Origin: Octopus bimaculoides
Lineage: Eukaryota
NCBI RefSeq assembly: GCF_001194135.2
Contig: NC_068986.1
Location: 1,552,250-1,616,249 of the forward strand
Length of the DNA: 64,000 nucleotides
Direction of reading: 5' to 3'
A program made the translations under genes and the position numbers. The notes under the pieces are model-generated. The model saw only the letters and a list, made by a program, of their open reading frames with translations, made no database searches and was not told where the DNA came from. Every line of letters starts with the position of its first letter. Position 1 is the stretch's first letter. This document shows, in pieces, positions 1-10,523 of the stretch.

Positions 1-179
1 TCTCATAATGAAAGTAACAGTGGAACCCTCTCACTTTATATCTCCTTGTCGGATTACCAAGCACAGCTTTAGCTGTGTCAAACTGTGATCACAATCTTAC
101 ACTAGTATTTTAAGGGCCATCTTACAGTAATGCCTAGTTTCTGTTTATTATGTTTCCCATGATTCTTGTCCAATTAAAT

Positions 180-640
180 TTCAAAGGTTGAGACTGCAAC
201 TGTGGTCCAAATGCATATTTGGTCTAAGAAACTGAAACACTAACACTATCCATCTTAGTATATGGATCAGAGGCATGGGTAATATACCACAAACTGGTAA
301 AAAAAAAGAACAAAAAAATTCAGACATCTGAGATAATGAGTATCACATGGAAGGATATGATCTGAAACACTCTCATACTAGAGAAAGCCAAGCTCCCTGC
401 ATAGAAGAGATACAGATGCACTGAAATCTCACTGCCTTGGGCAAGTCTAAAGAAATGGGGAAAAAAATCTTAGTCCGCAACACAAATATTCTGCCTATAT
501 TTGTAGTTGTACAAGAAATGAAAGCAGTCTTTGATTGAGATATAAGGAGATGGCAAGAGATAGCATGAAGAAATTGGACATTGATATCCACAGCTGGTCA
601 ACAGCAGCTGAAGACAGAAGCCTGTGGAGGAAATTGATTC
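180..640 (+). mobile_element. RTE-clade LINE fossil, ORF C-terminal region (degenerate)
   Basis: Manual translation gives ILVYGSEAW (252-278), ITWKDMI*NTLILEKAKLP, and LRYKEMARDSMKKLDIDIHSWSTAAEDRSLWRK (535-633). These match the RTE post-RT motifs LLYGxExW and WExxAxDRxxWR. Frameshifted. Confidence 0.8.
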
Positions 641-1065
641 GATTCTGACTTGCAATATTCTATATGGACAGTCATTGTCAATTATCAACAAACTGCAGAT
701 GACGATAACGAGGAGTTGTTGTTGTTGTTGGTGGTGATGATGATGATGATGAAGATATCAGATATGCATTTACCATTAAGAAAATAACAGAGATCAGAGT
801 AACTGTCAGCTATTCAACAGAAATACTTTGGTAACAGGTTGTCTGTTTAAAACACAGGAAAATGCAGAGAAAACTTAAGACGCTGGCTGTAGATCTAAAA
901 TGTAAAATTATTCACTTAGATTATCTGAAACATATTGTCCACAAAGTGATAATCCACAAGATTCACTCTATGACAGTAACTGTTGAATTAATATCTAAAT
1001 AATTAACTGAAGAGATTTATTTTTTCAAATAAGCTTATTTCTTCTGTCAACTCATGCACAAAGAG

Positions 1066-1330
1066 AGTAGTATGGCTGAAAGGTTAAAAAAGTCTGCCTT
1101 GCAACCATGAAATCTTGGGTTCAATCCCACAGTATGGCATCTTGAGCAAATATTACTTTCTATAGGCTTGGGTCAATCCATATTTTGTGAGCAGAATGGG
1201 GCAGATGGAAACTATGAAATTCGGCCAGATGGAATGTGCTTGGAATTCAAAGGCACAACCTTGTTGCATCACACTGCATCATGTTGATTCCCCATGAGAA
1301 TTACATTAAGGGTACATGTACCTTTGGAAT
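1066..1330 (+). mobile_element. Degenerate tRNA-headed SINE (SINE-F-like body)
   Basis: A-box-like TGGCTGAAAGG and B-box GGTTCAATCCC, then CTTGAGCAAAT core. The 3' part (catgttgattccccatgagaattacattaagggtacatg) matches the SINE at 27668-27987. Confidence 0.6.
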
Positions 1331-1335
1331 TTACT

Positions 1336-1589
1336 GCATGGCTCAGTGATTAGAGCATCAGGCTTACAATCATGAGGTAGTGAGTTCAATTCCCGGACCA
1401 GGCTGTGTGTTGTGTTCTTGAGCAAGATCCTTCATTTCACGTTGCTCCAGTTCACTCAGCTGTAAAAATGAGTTGCGACATCACTGGTGCTATACCTTTT
1501 CCATAACATCGGCAGTGTGGAGAGGAGAGATTGGTATGCATGGATGACCGCTGGTCTTCCATAAAACAACCTTGCTCAGACTTGTGCCA
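1336..1589 (+). mobile_element. tRNA-headed SINE (family C)
   Basis: A-box TGGCTCAGTGA (1339), B-box GTTCAATTCC (1384), then a TGTGTTCTTGAGCAAG...CAGCTGTAAAAATGAG central domain of CORE/Meta-like appearance. Confidence 0.75.
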
Positions 1590-1590
1590 T

Positions 1591-1804
1591 TGCCAGTGCC
1601 ACCTGACTGGCCCCCGTGCCGGTGGCACGTAAAAGCACCCACTACACTCACGGAGTGGTTGGCGTTAGGAAGGGCATCCAGCTGTAGAAACTCTGCCAGA
1701 TCAGATTGGAGCCTGGTGTAGCCATGTGGCTCGCCAGTCCCCAGTCAAATCGTCCAACCCATGCTAGCATGGAAAGCGGACGTTAAATGATGATGATGAT
1801 GATG
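1591..1804 (+). mobile_element. 5'-truncated RTE LINE 3' UTR with (GAT)n tail (family D)
   Basis: GGCACGTAAAAGCACC...GGAAGGGCATCCAGCTGTAGAAAC...CCAACCCATGCTAGCATGGAAAGCGGACGTTAAA(TGA)n. The motif recurs many times in the window and is joined to RTE coding sequence at 36365-36785. Confidence 0.75.
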
Positions 1805-1808
1805 TGTA

Positions 1809-1841
<33 letters not shown>

Positions 1842-2548
1842 CAACGTATATATAAGTATACACACACACACACACACATCAGTGAAGGATATAAACAGTA
1901 AGGTATGCAGAACATCAATGCCTTTTTAAATGAAGTCCGTCCCTTATGAGTTCTCTTTTACACCAAGCTACATATACTTCCCAATTACTCTCTCACTGTT
2001 AGAAATGCAACGAAGCACGGGAGTGGTGTGATATAAAATAAATAAATAAAATCAAAATAACAACATATAAAAAAGAAGTTATAGAAGTATACAAATAAAC
2101 CAATAAGATGGTTCTCAAAAAGTGACAGACTGCATTATGATATTACCTTGTGAAAGAAACTAGAGCATGTGTGTTGGCTACAACAACAACTGCAGACAGA
2201 ATTAATTATAAGAGTGATAGTATACAATAATACTTGCTGATATTACTACAGTCAAAGGTGAGTTATCCATTATCACTCAGAAGAAGACTTTGAAAGATCT
2301 GAAACTCCATAATATAGTTGCAGTACAAAAAAAGCAAAAAAATAAATAAAGAAATAAAAAATAAAATAAAGAAAAACCAAAAACCCTGGCAGATCTAATA
2401 CCAGAAACTTGTATGAACACGCAACATAGGAAAATATTGGCAAAAGTATCCTGCAAATTTATTAGACTTTGAAGTAGTCAGCTATTTAAGATATGAAAAT
2501 TACTATAGTATACATAGAACCAACAGAAAGCCAGTATATATACATGCA

Positions 2549-2636
<88 letters not shown>

Positions 2637-2638
2637 AA

Positions 2639-3038
2639 GGCACAAGCGTGGGTGTGTGGTAAGAAACTTGCTTCCTAGTTATATGATCCTGGGTTCAGTC
2701 CCACTGCATGACACCTTGGGCAAGTGTCTTCTACTATAGCCTTCAGCTGACTGAAGCTTTGTGAGTGGATTTGGTAGATGGAAACTGAAAGAAGCCCATT
2801 GTGTGTGTATATATATATATGTGTGTATGTATGTATGTATATATGTATAAATATTTATATGTGTCTTTGTGTCTGTGTTTGTCTCCACCACTATTTTGCT
2901 TGACAACCGATGTTGGTGTGTTTATGTCCCCACAACTTAATGGTTTGGCAAAATAATCTGATAGAATAAGTACTAGGCTTACAAAGAAAATCCTGGGATT
3001 GATTTCTTTGACTAAAACCCTTCAAGGCGGTGCTCCAG
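2639..3038 (+). mobile_element. tRNA-headed SINE (family A), near full length
   Basis: Head GTGTGTGGTAAG...GGTTCAGTCCC, core CCTTGGGCAAGTGTCTT, internal (TA/TG)n, 3' GGCGGTGCTCCAG. More than 20 copies or fragments in the window. Confidence 0.85.
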
Positions 3039-3804
3039 GAAGAATGTTGTGATCTTGGTCACCTATACATCATGGAGACCAAGTAACCAGCCTAGGAATT
3101 GAAAGCAAAAAATTGGTTGTTAAGCCCACTGAACAAACCTGGAATCAAAGACATTCCATACATGACTTTGCCAAGGTTTATTTGAATATTGTGTAATAGC
3201 TATCTAGAACTACATTATGATATGTGTCCTTCCATTTTGAGAGATTATAACATGCAGTTTGAGAGAGATTTGGCAGCTATGTCTAGCAGGATGAGCAACC
3301 ACAGGGAGGCTCCACAACACAGGTAAAGTACACAGCAAAGATACTACACTGATCATTAGGCTAAGGTTGTTACAAGGTGAAGATTTGGTATTCAGCAGGC
3401 ATTCACACAAAAGTATGCTATCCTCTGGCAATGTCCTCCATAACATTAACCTTATCATTTCTGAACTGAAATTAACTTTAGAATGAATAAGAAATTATTA
3501 TATCAGTTTTATATGAATGAATTTTCTGTTTTTAATTACCTTGTTGTCTTGCAAAGCATGCAATCAAGCCACTTTCCTTATGTGTGTCTGTTGTTGTTGC
3601 TATTCTAGTTTACCACCATCCCCAAATCTACTTTAATCTGGTAGATTTATGATCCAAGGCAGTAGCTGCCAAAATTATTTTGTCGCAGAACCCACGTCTA
3701 TATTTTACAGATAACCACCACTATGCCGACCCTGCTAATTTTAATAAACATTAAATGAAACAGAAACTGATTCAGAGAGAATTTATAAATATCTTTTACA
3801 AATT

Positions 3805-4049
3805 TCAGTCATTGAACTGAAATCATCCAGGGGCATGCGTTGAAGGGGGCACTTACTTGAATGAACGAACCACAGTACTTTTAATAGGATAAGGCCTGGT
3901 AATTATTGTATTGGTCTCTTATGCTGAACCACTAAGTTATGGAGACGTAAACAAGCTAATGCCAGTTGGCAAGAGGTGGTGGGGGACAAACACAAACACA
4001 CACAATCATACCCCCACCACCACCACTACCACACACAGCCATGCCAGCA

Positions 4050-4055
<6 letters not shown>
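3805..4055 (-). mobile_element. SINE family A, 3' half (degenerate)
   Basis: Reverse complement of the family A 3' region (tattggtctc...aaccactaagttatggagacgtaaaca...gggggacaaacacaaac). Confidence 0.65.
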
Positions 4056-4088
<33 letters not shown>

Positions 4089-4122
4089 NNNNNNNNNNNN
4101 NNNNNNNNNNNNNNNNNNNNNN

Positions 4123-4163
<41 letters not shown>

Positions 4164-4296
4164 AAGAGAAAGCACAAATGTTGCAAGTGTCCTACTTGCA
4201 TTTTTAGTGTTGGATCAGTTAAATGTCAATGCAGGTCTCTTAAAACAGGGTATATGTTTCTAAAGTAGTAACAGATAACACTTAGCTTGCAAATAA

Positions 4297-4334
4297 TTAT
4301 AATAATAATAATAATGATGATAATAATAATAATA

Positions 4335-4375
<41 letters not shown>

Positions 4376-4380
4376 AATAA
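4297..4380. repeat. (AAT)n/(GAT)n trinucleotide microsatellite
   Basis: Direct inspection. Confidence 0.95.
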
Positions 4381-5505
4381 ATAAAAATAAAAAGCGGAAA
4401 TGTCACAGACACACGCTTTCATGTCGATGAAACTGAGTAATGGGCATGTGAATTTTACCTGTCTACCTACAAGTATAAAATACATAATTTATGGAGTATT
4501 TACCTGATCCTTGTTATTAATTTGTCGTTAGATAGCATTAGGTATGTTACATGCGAAGACATGAATGGCTACACAAAAAAATTTGTAGTACAAGTTTCCA
4601 TACTTTTCATCTCTCAGACCATTTGTATTTACATGTGTAGAAAGATTATTTGAATACATCATCATAAAACGGACAGCAAGTGTGATAGCTAAAAGTCTTC
4701 ATTGCACAGAATATTTTGGTGATTTATATGAAAATTGTTCCTGATTATTAAAGACACAGTTTGTAGAAGCAAATAAGAACACCTCATCACAAAACTGATC
4801 AATAGAGCTCTGTGTAGCACTTGAGAATATTCTGTTTTGTAAATCAAAATCTCAGCTTTTATAAAGCCGAACGGGATTTCTAGAAAGTCAGACCTGAGTA
4901 ATTGGTGGGAAGGTTTCTTTTCATTTGGTTACACACATAAAATCCTATTATATTTTTATAACTGAATATTATTAAGGAATTGTATGAAAAAAATTGTTGA
5001 AATATTTTGTGCATTGAAGAAGCTTGACTAATTTTATTACACATAAGTTTTAACAACAAAATCTTATAGGGATCTTTAATGGCCTTTTGAACCCAGGAAG
5101 AGAACCACTACTTTCAACAAAGCATCCTACAGAAATTTGCTCAGCACCAAGTTAGAAATACTCCCTTGTCATTCCCACTATCAGAAATAAAATAAACAAG
5201 TGTTTACTGACTGGAACCCCCCCCCCCCNNNNNNNNNNNNNNNNNNNNNNNNNNNNNNNNNNNNNNNNNNNNNNNNNNNNNNNNNNNNNNNNNTACAATG
5301 TCTTAAGTTCACAAATTGTAGAATAAATAAAAAAAGTAAGAAAATGTTGTTTGGTACACTATGATATTATGTTAGGGATGGGAGACAATAATTCTTGTTT
5401 TATCTAAACCAGGAACTGTTATCTTCAGTGTGAAGATAAAATTTCAATAGGTCAGCTTGTAGTCAAGCATTCCATTCTTTGCTGTAGCATCTGTCATAAC
5501 TCTGA

Positions 5506-5596
5506 AAGGAGGAGAGAAAGGGAGAAGGAGAGAAAGGGAGAAGGAGAGAAAGGGAGAAGGAGGGAAAGGGAGAAGGAGGGAAAGGGAGAAGGAGGA
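5506..5596. repeat. Purine-only tandem repeat, ~16-bp unit (GAAAGGGAGAAGGAGA)
   Basis: About five adjacent copies visible. Confidence 0.85.
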
Positions 5597-6003
5597 TTGA
5601 AGAGTCCTATTTAGGTTAAGACAGTCTGACAGGGTTATGGGGATTTTCCAGCTTTCTGTCATTGTCACTTTACAACGAATGCATGCGTGCGCGCACGTGT
5701 GTGTGTGCCTGTGCATATTTGTGAAAGAAAGAGGGAGAAGAAGAGAAAAAAATAAGAGAGGGAGACAGAGGAAAGAGACAGAGGAGAGAAAGAAAGAGAG
5801 AGAAAGACTGAACAAAATACACTGGAATATTTAAAAACTTAAGTGAAACACGTTACTTTAGTTAATTTCCATCAGATAAATATTTATTTTTCTCCCTGAA
5901 TCTGTAAATCAAATACATTAGTCTGTTTATTTTGATGTTAGCAGGTACACTAGGCAAGACTTACTGTTTCAAACATGTGGTGGAATTGTCTTCATGTAGC
6001 TTA

Positions 6004-6205
6004 GCTTGACCATGTGGTAAGAAGCTTACTTCTCAACCACATGGTCTTGGGATCAGTTCCACTGCATGATAACTTGGACAAGTGTGTTCTACTATAGCCC
6101 TGGGCTGACCAAAGTTTGATAAGTAAATTTGGTAGATGAAACTGAAAGAAGCCCTTTTTATACGTATATTTATGTATGCATGTATATGTGTCTTCTTGTC
6201 TTGAC
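6004..6205 (+). mobile_element. SINE family A, 5' half
   Basis: tgtggtaagaagcttacttctcaaccacatgg...aacttggacaagtgtgttctactatagcc...actgaaagaagccc. Confidence 0.8.
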
Positions 6206-6261
6206 TGCTTAATATGATTCCGAGTTCAAATCCAGGCAGTGACCTGAATAATAATAATATC

Positions 6262-6297
<36 letters not shown>

Positions 6298-6299
<2 letters not shown>

Positions 6300-6620
6300 C
6301 AGCGAATGACAGCGAAACGGGCTGATTACTACTTAGATCAGATTCCAGGAAACCCCAAAATGGCTGAAGTTCAAAAAATAGTGCTCATGGGAACTGCCCA
6401 TATCCTACGTAAAATACTGTCTATGTGATCTCAAATTTTAAAGCAAACACATAATTTTCTTATGGTTTCTTAAACATTCACTTGAACAAAACTGTACAAA
6501 TACAAATATATGGTACCCTAGGCATAACACCTACATGAACTTCTAACTTGTTGTCTCTTGAGGTCTCTGGGTGAGACTTGGATCCAACTTGTACAAATGC
6601 AAAACAAAAGTCAAACATAA
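6298..6620 (+). mobile_element. R4/Dong-clade non-LTR retrotransposon, 5'-truncated 3' end
   Basis: 6312-6428 encodes AKRADYYLDQIPGNPKMAEVQKIVLMGTAHILRKILSM*, the QKxxLxGTAxILRK C-terminus typical of R4/Dong elements. About 190 bp of 3' UTR follows, with (AAT)n on both sides. Confidence 0.8.
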
Positions 6621-6692
6621 AATAATACTAATAATAATAATAACATTGAAAAATACCTTAGATATGAGAACCCAGGTTTGAAATTTCCCCTA

Positions 6693-6738
6693 GACACCTG
6701 ATGAAGGCTGGAGGGTATATCAGCCGAAACGTTGTGTT
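6693..6738 (+). ncRNA. Minimal type-I hammerhead ribozyme motif (Penelope-type, palindromic stem III)
   Basis: Stem I GACAC(6693-97)/GTGTT(6734-38); core CTGATGA(6698-6704)+A; stem II GGCTG/CAGCC; GAAA(6726-29); palindromic ACGT; predicted GUU cleavage after 6733. Confidence 0.7.
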
Positions 6739-7130
6739 AACAACAAACAAGATGAGGACGAATATCTGTCAAATGTAAATAATGTACATAATTCCTCATC
6801 TCTTTAAATATAGAACTGGAAACGCTGATGAAGTTGACTTTTGGTCAATGGCATTACAACTATACTCCTATCAACTTATTGTGGAACACAGTGGATCTAG
6901 AATTACATTATCTAATGTGTTCTTTTTAAGCTGTCAGAGTGTGATCTAAAATAGATTTGGCCTCTATTTCTACCAATCTGAACAACTTCATAGAAATTCC
7001 ATTGTTGTTTCATGTAAAGTGATGTTGATTAACCTTTTAACAATTAAACTGGCCATATTTAACCCAAATTTTCTATCTGTCTTACATTCAAACAGCCAGA
7101 TCTGGCCTCTCACACCTACCCTACAATATT

Positions 7131-7540
7131 ATTGGAGTGGCTGTATGATAAGAAGCTTGCTGACCAACCACAAGATTCTGAATTCAGTCCCACAAGTGTC
7201 TTCTAGTGGGTTGGCAACTAAGTTCCTGCGGTTTTTAAAATTTTGCAATTTATTGCATTTTTAAATTTTGGAATCTATTTTTTTTGAGAATTCTATTTTT
7301 GAATCATTTTGGAATCTATCTTTTTTTTTTTCGAGTTAATTTTAGTTAATTTTTGTTTATTTTCAGATCATTAAATGCTGGTGTGTTTACGCCCTCGTAA
7401 CTTAATGGTTTGGCAAAAGAGACCAATAGAGTAAGTACTAGGCTTACAAAGAATAAGTCCTGGGGTTGATTTACTTGACTAAAGGTGGTGCTCCAGCATG
7501 GCTGCAGTCAAATGACTGAAAAGAATAAAAGAATAAAGAA
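7131..7540 (+). mobile_element. SINE family A (head 7131-7205, tail 7374-7540; middle replaced by a mariner fragment)
   Basis: Head attggagtggctgtatgataagaagcttgc; well-preserved 3' end ggtggtgctccagcatggctgcagtcaaatgactgaaa + (AAGAATA)-type tail. Confidence 0.8.
7206..7377 (+). mobile_element. mariner left end (TIR + 5' UTR up to a putative transposase ATG)
   Basis: TA followed by GTGGGTTGGCAACTAAGTTCCTGCGG resembles the mellifera-type mariner TIR (TTGGGTTGGCAACTAAG, recalled). Ends in tttcagatcattaaATG. Confidence 0.55.
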
Positions 7541-7828
7541 CCACATCATTGAAATCTTGAAGCTANNNNNNNNNNTTCATTCAAAAGAATATGAATAAAT
7601 GAGCATTACATTTGACAGAGTAAGCTGAATGCTAAAGGGTTACATCATCAGGTGTCATATGACATCCTTATTCGTGCAACCAATATTATTTACAGCTGGT
7701 GTTAGCTGATATCATTCTTCATATGACCAATGCTATTAAATCTGGTGCTATGCAACACTCTAGCTCAAATGACTAATCTTATTTACATTTGTTAGGTAAC
7801 ATCATGATCCATATGACCAACACTATTT

Positions 7829-7976
7829 AAAAAGCACCCACTACACTCTCTGAGTGGTTGGTGTTAGGAAGGGCATCCAGCTGTAGAAACTCTGCCAAAT
7901 TAGATTGGAGCCAGTCCTCACCAGTCCTCAGTCAAATCGTCCAACCCATGCTAGCATGGAAAGCGGACGTTAAACA

Positions 7977-8011
<35 letters not shown>
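7829..8011 (+). mobile_element. RTE LINE 3' UTR fragment (family D) with (GAT)n tail
   Basis: Near-identical to 1630-1804. Confidence 0.8.
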
Positions 8012-8377
8012 ATGACATCATCATGAATATGACTAATGCCAGAATAGGTCAAAGGTAACATTGGTGCAGTGCTGACATCTATTTCTCCTTCAAATTTGTT
8101 ACTTGAAGCTGACTCCACAGGGTCTTATTTAAATCATTGATATAAATAGTTTAAATAACATGTTGAGTGTTTGTCTCCATTTTCCATTGTTTTTATGTTC
8201 TCCGAAACATGTCTCACTCCTCCTTGGAATTAACTCCCATGTCAGTGTGATCACCGATTCCCAGGACACTCATGTGACATTGGATACCTTGTAATTGCTC
8301 CTCTGGATCTTTCTTATAAATCGAACATCCATATATGTATATGCACATACATACATATAAAATGGATATATATGTAT

Positions 8378-8414
<37 letters not shown>

Positions 8415-8415
<1 letters not shown>

Positions 8416-8627
8416 GCAGCGAGCTGGCAGAAACGTTAGTAGACTGGGCGAAATGCTTAGTGGTATTTCATCTGTCTTTACGTTCTGAGTTCAAATTCTG
8501 CTATGGTCAACTTTGCCTTTCATCTTTCGGGGTTAATAAATTAAGTACCAGTTGCATACTGGGGTTGATCTAACTGACTGGCCCTCTCACCCCAAAATTT
8601 CAGGCTTTATGCCTAGAGTAGGAAAGA

Positions 8628-8629
<2 letters not shown>
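8415..8629 (+). mobile_element. SINE family B, full length
   Basis: GGCAGCGAGCTGGCAGAAACGTTAG head, B-box GAGTTCAAATTC, body GCCTTTCATC...TAAGTACCAG...GGGGTTGATCTAA. Many copies in the window. Confidence 0.8.
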
Positions 8630-8658
<29 letters not shown>

Positions 8659-9326
8659 TATATATATACATACACATATATGTATGTATCTATCTATATC
8701 TATCTATCTTTATGTATGTGTGTGTATATATATATATATAAAAGATACATAATAGATATATATGTATATATATATATATATGTTATATATANNNNNNNNN
8801 NNNNNNNNNNNNNNNNNNNNNNNNNNNNNNNNNNNNNNNNNNNNNNNNNNNNNNNNNNNNNNNNNNNNNNNNNNNNNNNNNNNNNNNNNNNNNNNNNNNN
8901 NNNNNNNNNNNNNNNNNNNNNNNNNNNNNNNNNNNNNNNNNNNNNNNNNNNNNNNNNNNNNNNNNNNNNNNNNNNNNNNNNNNNNNNNNNNNNNNNNNNN
9001 NNNNNNNNNNNNNNNNNNNNNNNNNNNNNNNNNNNNNNNNNNNNNNNNNNNNNNNNNNNNNNNNNNNNNNNNNNNNNNNNNNNNNNNNNNNNNNNNNNNN
9101 NNNNNNNNNNNNNNNNNNNNNNNNNNNNNNNNNNNNNNNNNNNNNNNNNNNNNNNNNNNNNNNNNNNNNNNNNNNNNNNNNNNNNNNNNNNNNNNNNNNN
9201 NNNNNNNNNNNNNNNNNNNNNNNNNNNNNNNNNNNNNNNNNNNNNNNNNNNNNNNNNNNNNNNNNNNNNNNNNNNNNNNNNNNNNNNNNNNNNNNNNNNN
9301 NNNNNNNNNNNNNNNNNNNNNNNNNN

Positions 9327-9378
<52 letters not shown>

Positions 9379-9909
9379 TATGTATACATGTGTGTATATC
9401 TATCTTCTATCTGTCAATATGTGTGAGTGTGTGTGCATGTGTGAATGTATGTGTGTATATAACTAAATAGAATTTTTCCATTTTTTCCCTAGGTTTGGTA
9501 CAATGTATTTTAGTTTAATTAGGCCTCTTAGAAGATTTCTATCTGTTTTGTGGTAAGAGTTCAAAATTGTCTATGGAAATGTCTGCTTTATTTTTTGGTT
9601 TATTTATATAGTTTAGCTTATTTGTGTTGGAGAAATGAAAGTGATATTTATAAGGGCCTTCTTTCTTTTTTTTCCTTTTTTTTTGTTATGTGTGCATCAA
9701 TCAATTTCTTTGTGTACCCATTACTGATTTGATATCATTACAAATATAAAACAGAGACGACTGTCTGCTGAATATTGTGATGTTACTATTTTATTATATG
9801 GTAGGCAGTTCAAAGTGTCGAAAAGGCTGTGTCATTCAGTTAAATTCAGAAGGTACATCAGAGGTTATGAGTGTTGGATGTAATATTTACAAGAGGTTAT
9901 ACAAGTTGA

Positions 9910-9940
<31 letters not shown>

Positions 9941-10204
9941 CTCACACAGACAGACAGATGCACACACACACACACAAATATATCACGGTTTATTACAAGC
10001 TGAAGGCTGCACATTTTACTTTTACATACTGTTACTCTAAGTTTCACATTTGCAAAAACCCTAACTCTGAAACTTAGAGCAAAGGGTTAGTGACATTTTC
10101 AGCTTACAATAATAAACAGAATAAAACATTTCAATACATATTGAATGCTCTTTTTCACTTTTTGCTTGTACAAAGTTTTTGAGATAAACACATTAAAAAG
10201 ACAT

Positions 10205-10235
<31 letters not shown>

Positions 10236-10270
10236 ACATGCAATACACATTCATGCAGGTATGCTTATAC

Positions 10271-10523
10271 CTTTTATCTGTTTCACTCATTAGACTGTTG
10301 GGGCATCACCTTGAAGAATCTTTAGTCAAATGAATCAATCTCAGTATTTATAATCTTTTCTTTTTTTTAAGCCTGGTATTTATTCTGTTAGACTCTTTTA
10401 CTGAACTGATTAAATAAGTGCCAGGTTTATAAAGAAAATAAATAGTGGAGTTGGTTCATTCGAGTAAAAGTTCTTCAAGATGGTGCCGCAACGTGACCAC
10501 AGTCTAATGACTGAAACAAGTAA
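10271..10523. mobile_element. Two SINE-A 3' ends in inverted orientation (minus 10271-10410, plus 10412-10523)
   Basis: gtttcactcattagactg (10280) vs cagtctaatgactgaaac (10500) are 17/18 complementary; aagcctggtatttatt vs aataagtgccaggttt are 13/16. Confidence 0.75.

Larger units (their letters stand above)
6216..6818 (+). mobile_element. tRNA-headed SINE family E carrying a hammerhead motif, interrupted by an R4/Dong fragment
   Basis: B-box GTTCAAATCC (6224-6233) + GGCAGTGACCTG + (AAT)n. After the insert the body matches the uninterrupted copy at 54397-54674. Confidence 0.8.
7029..7642. mobile_element. piggyBac-like MITE (TTAA-CCYTTT ends), split by nested insertions at 7131-7540
   Basis: Left end ttaa|ccttttaacaatt; right end aatgctaaaggg|ttac. 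These are imperfect TIRs with TTAA-like flanks. An internal fragment of the same family lies inverted at ~46424-46510. Confidence 0.6.

Noticed and set aside
1336-1410. tRNA genes at SINE heads (also 27910-27987, 54397-54470)
   Set aside because: A and B boxes are present, but the acceptor stems do not close and the sequence runs on into SINE bodies.
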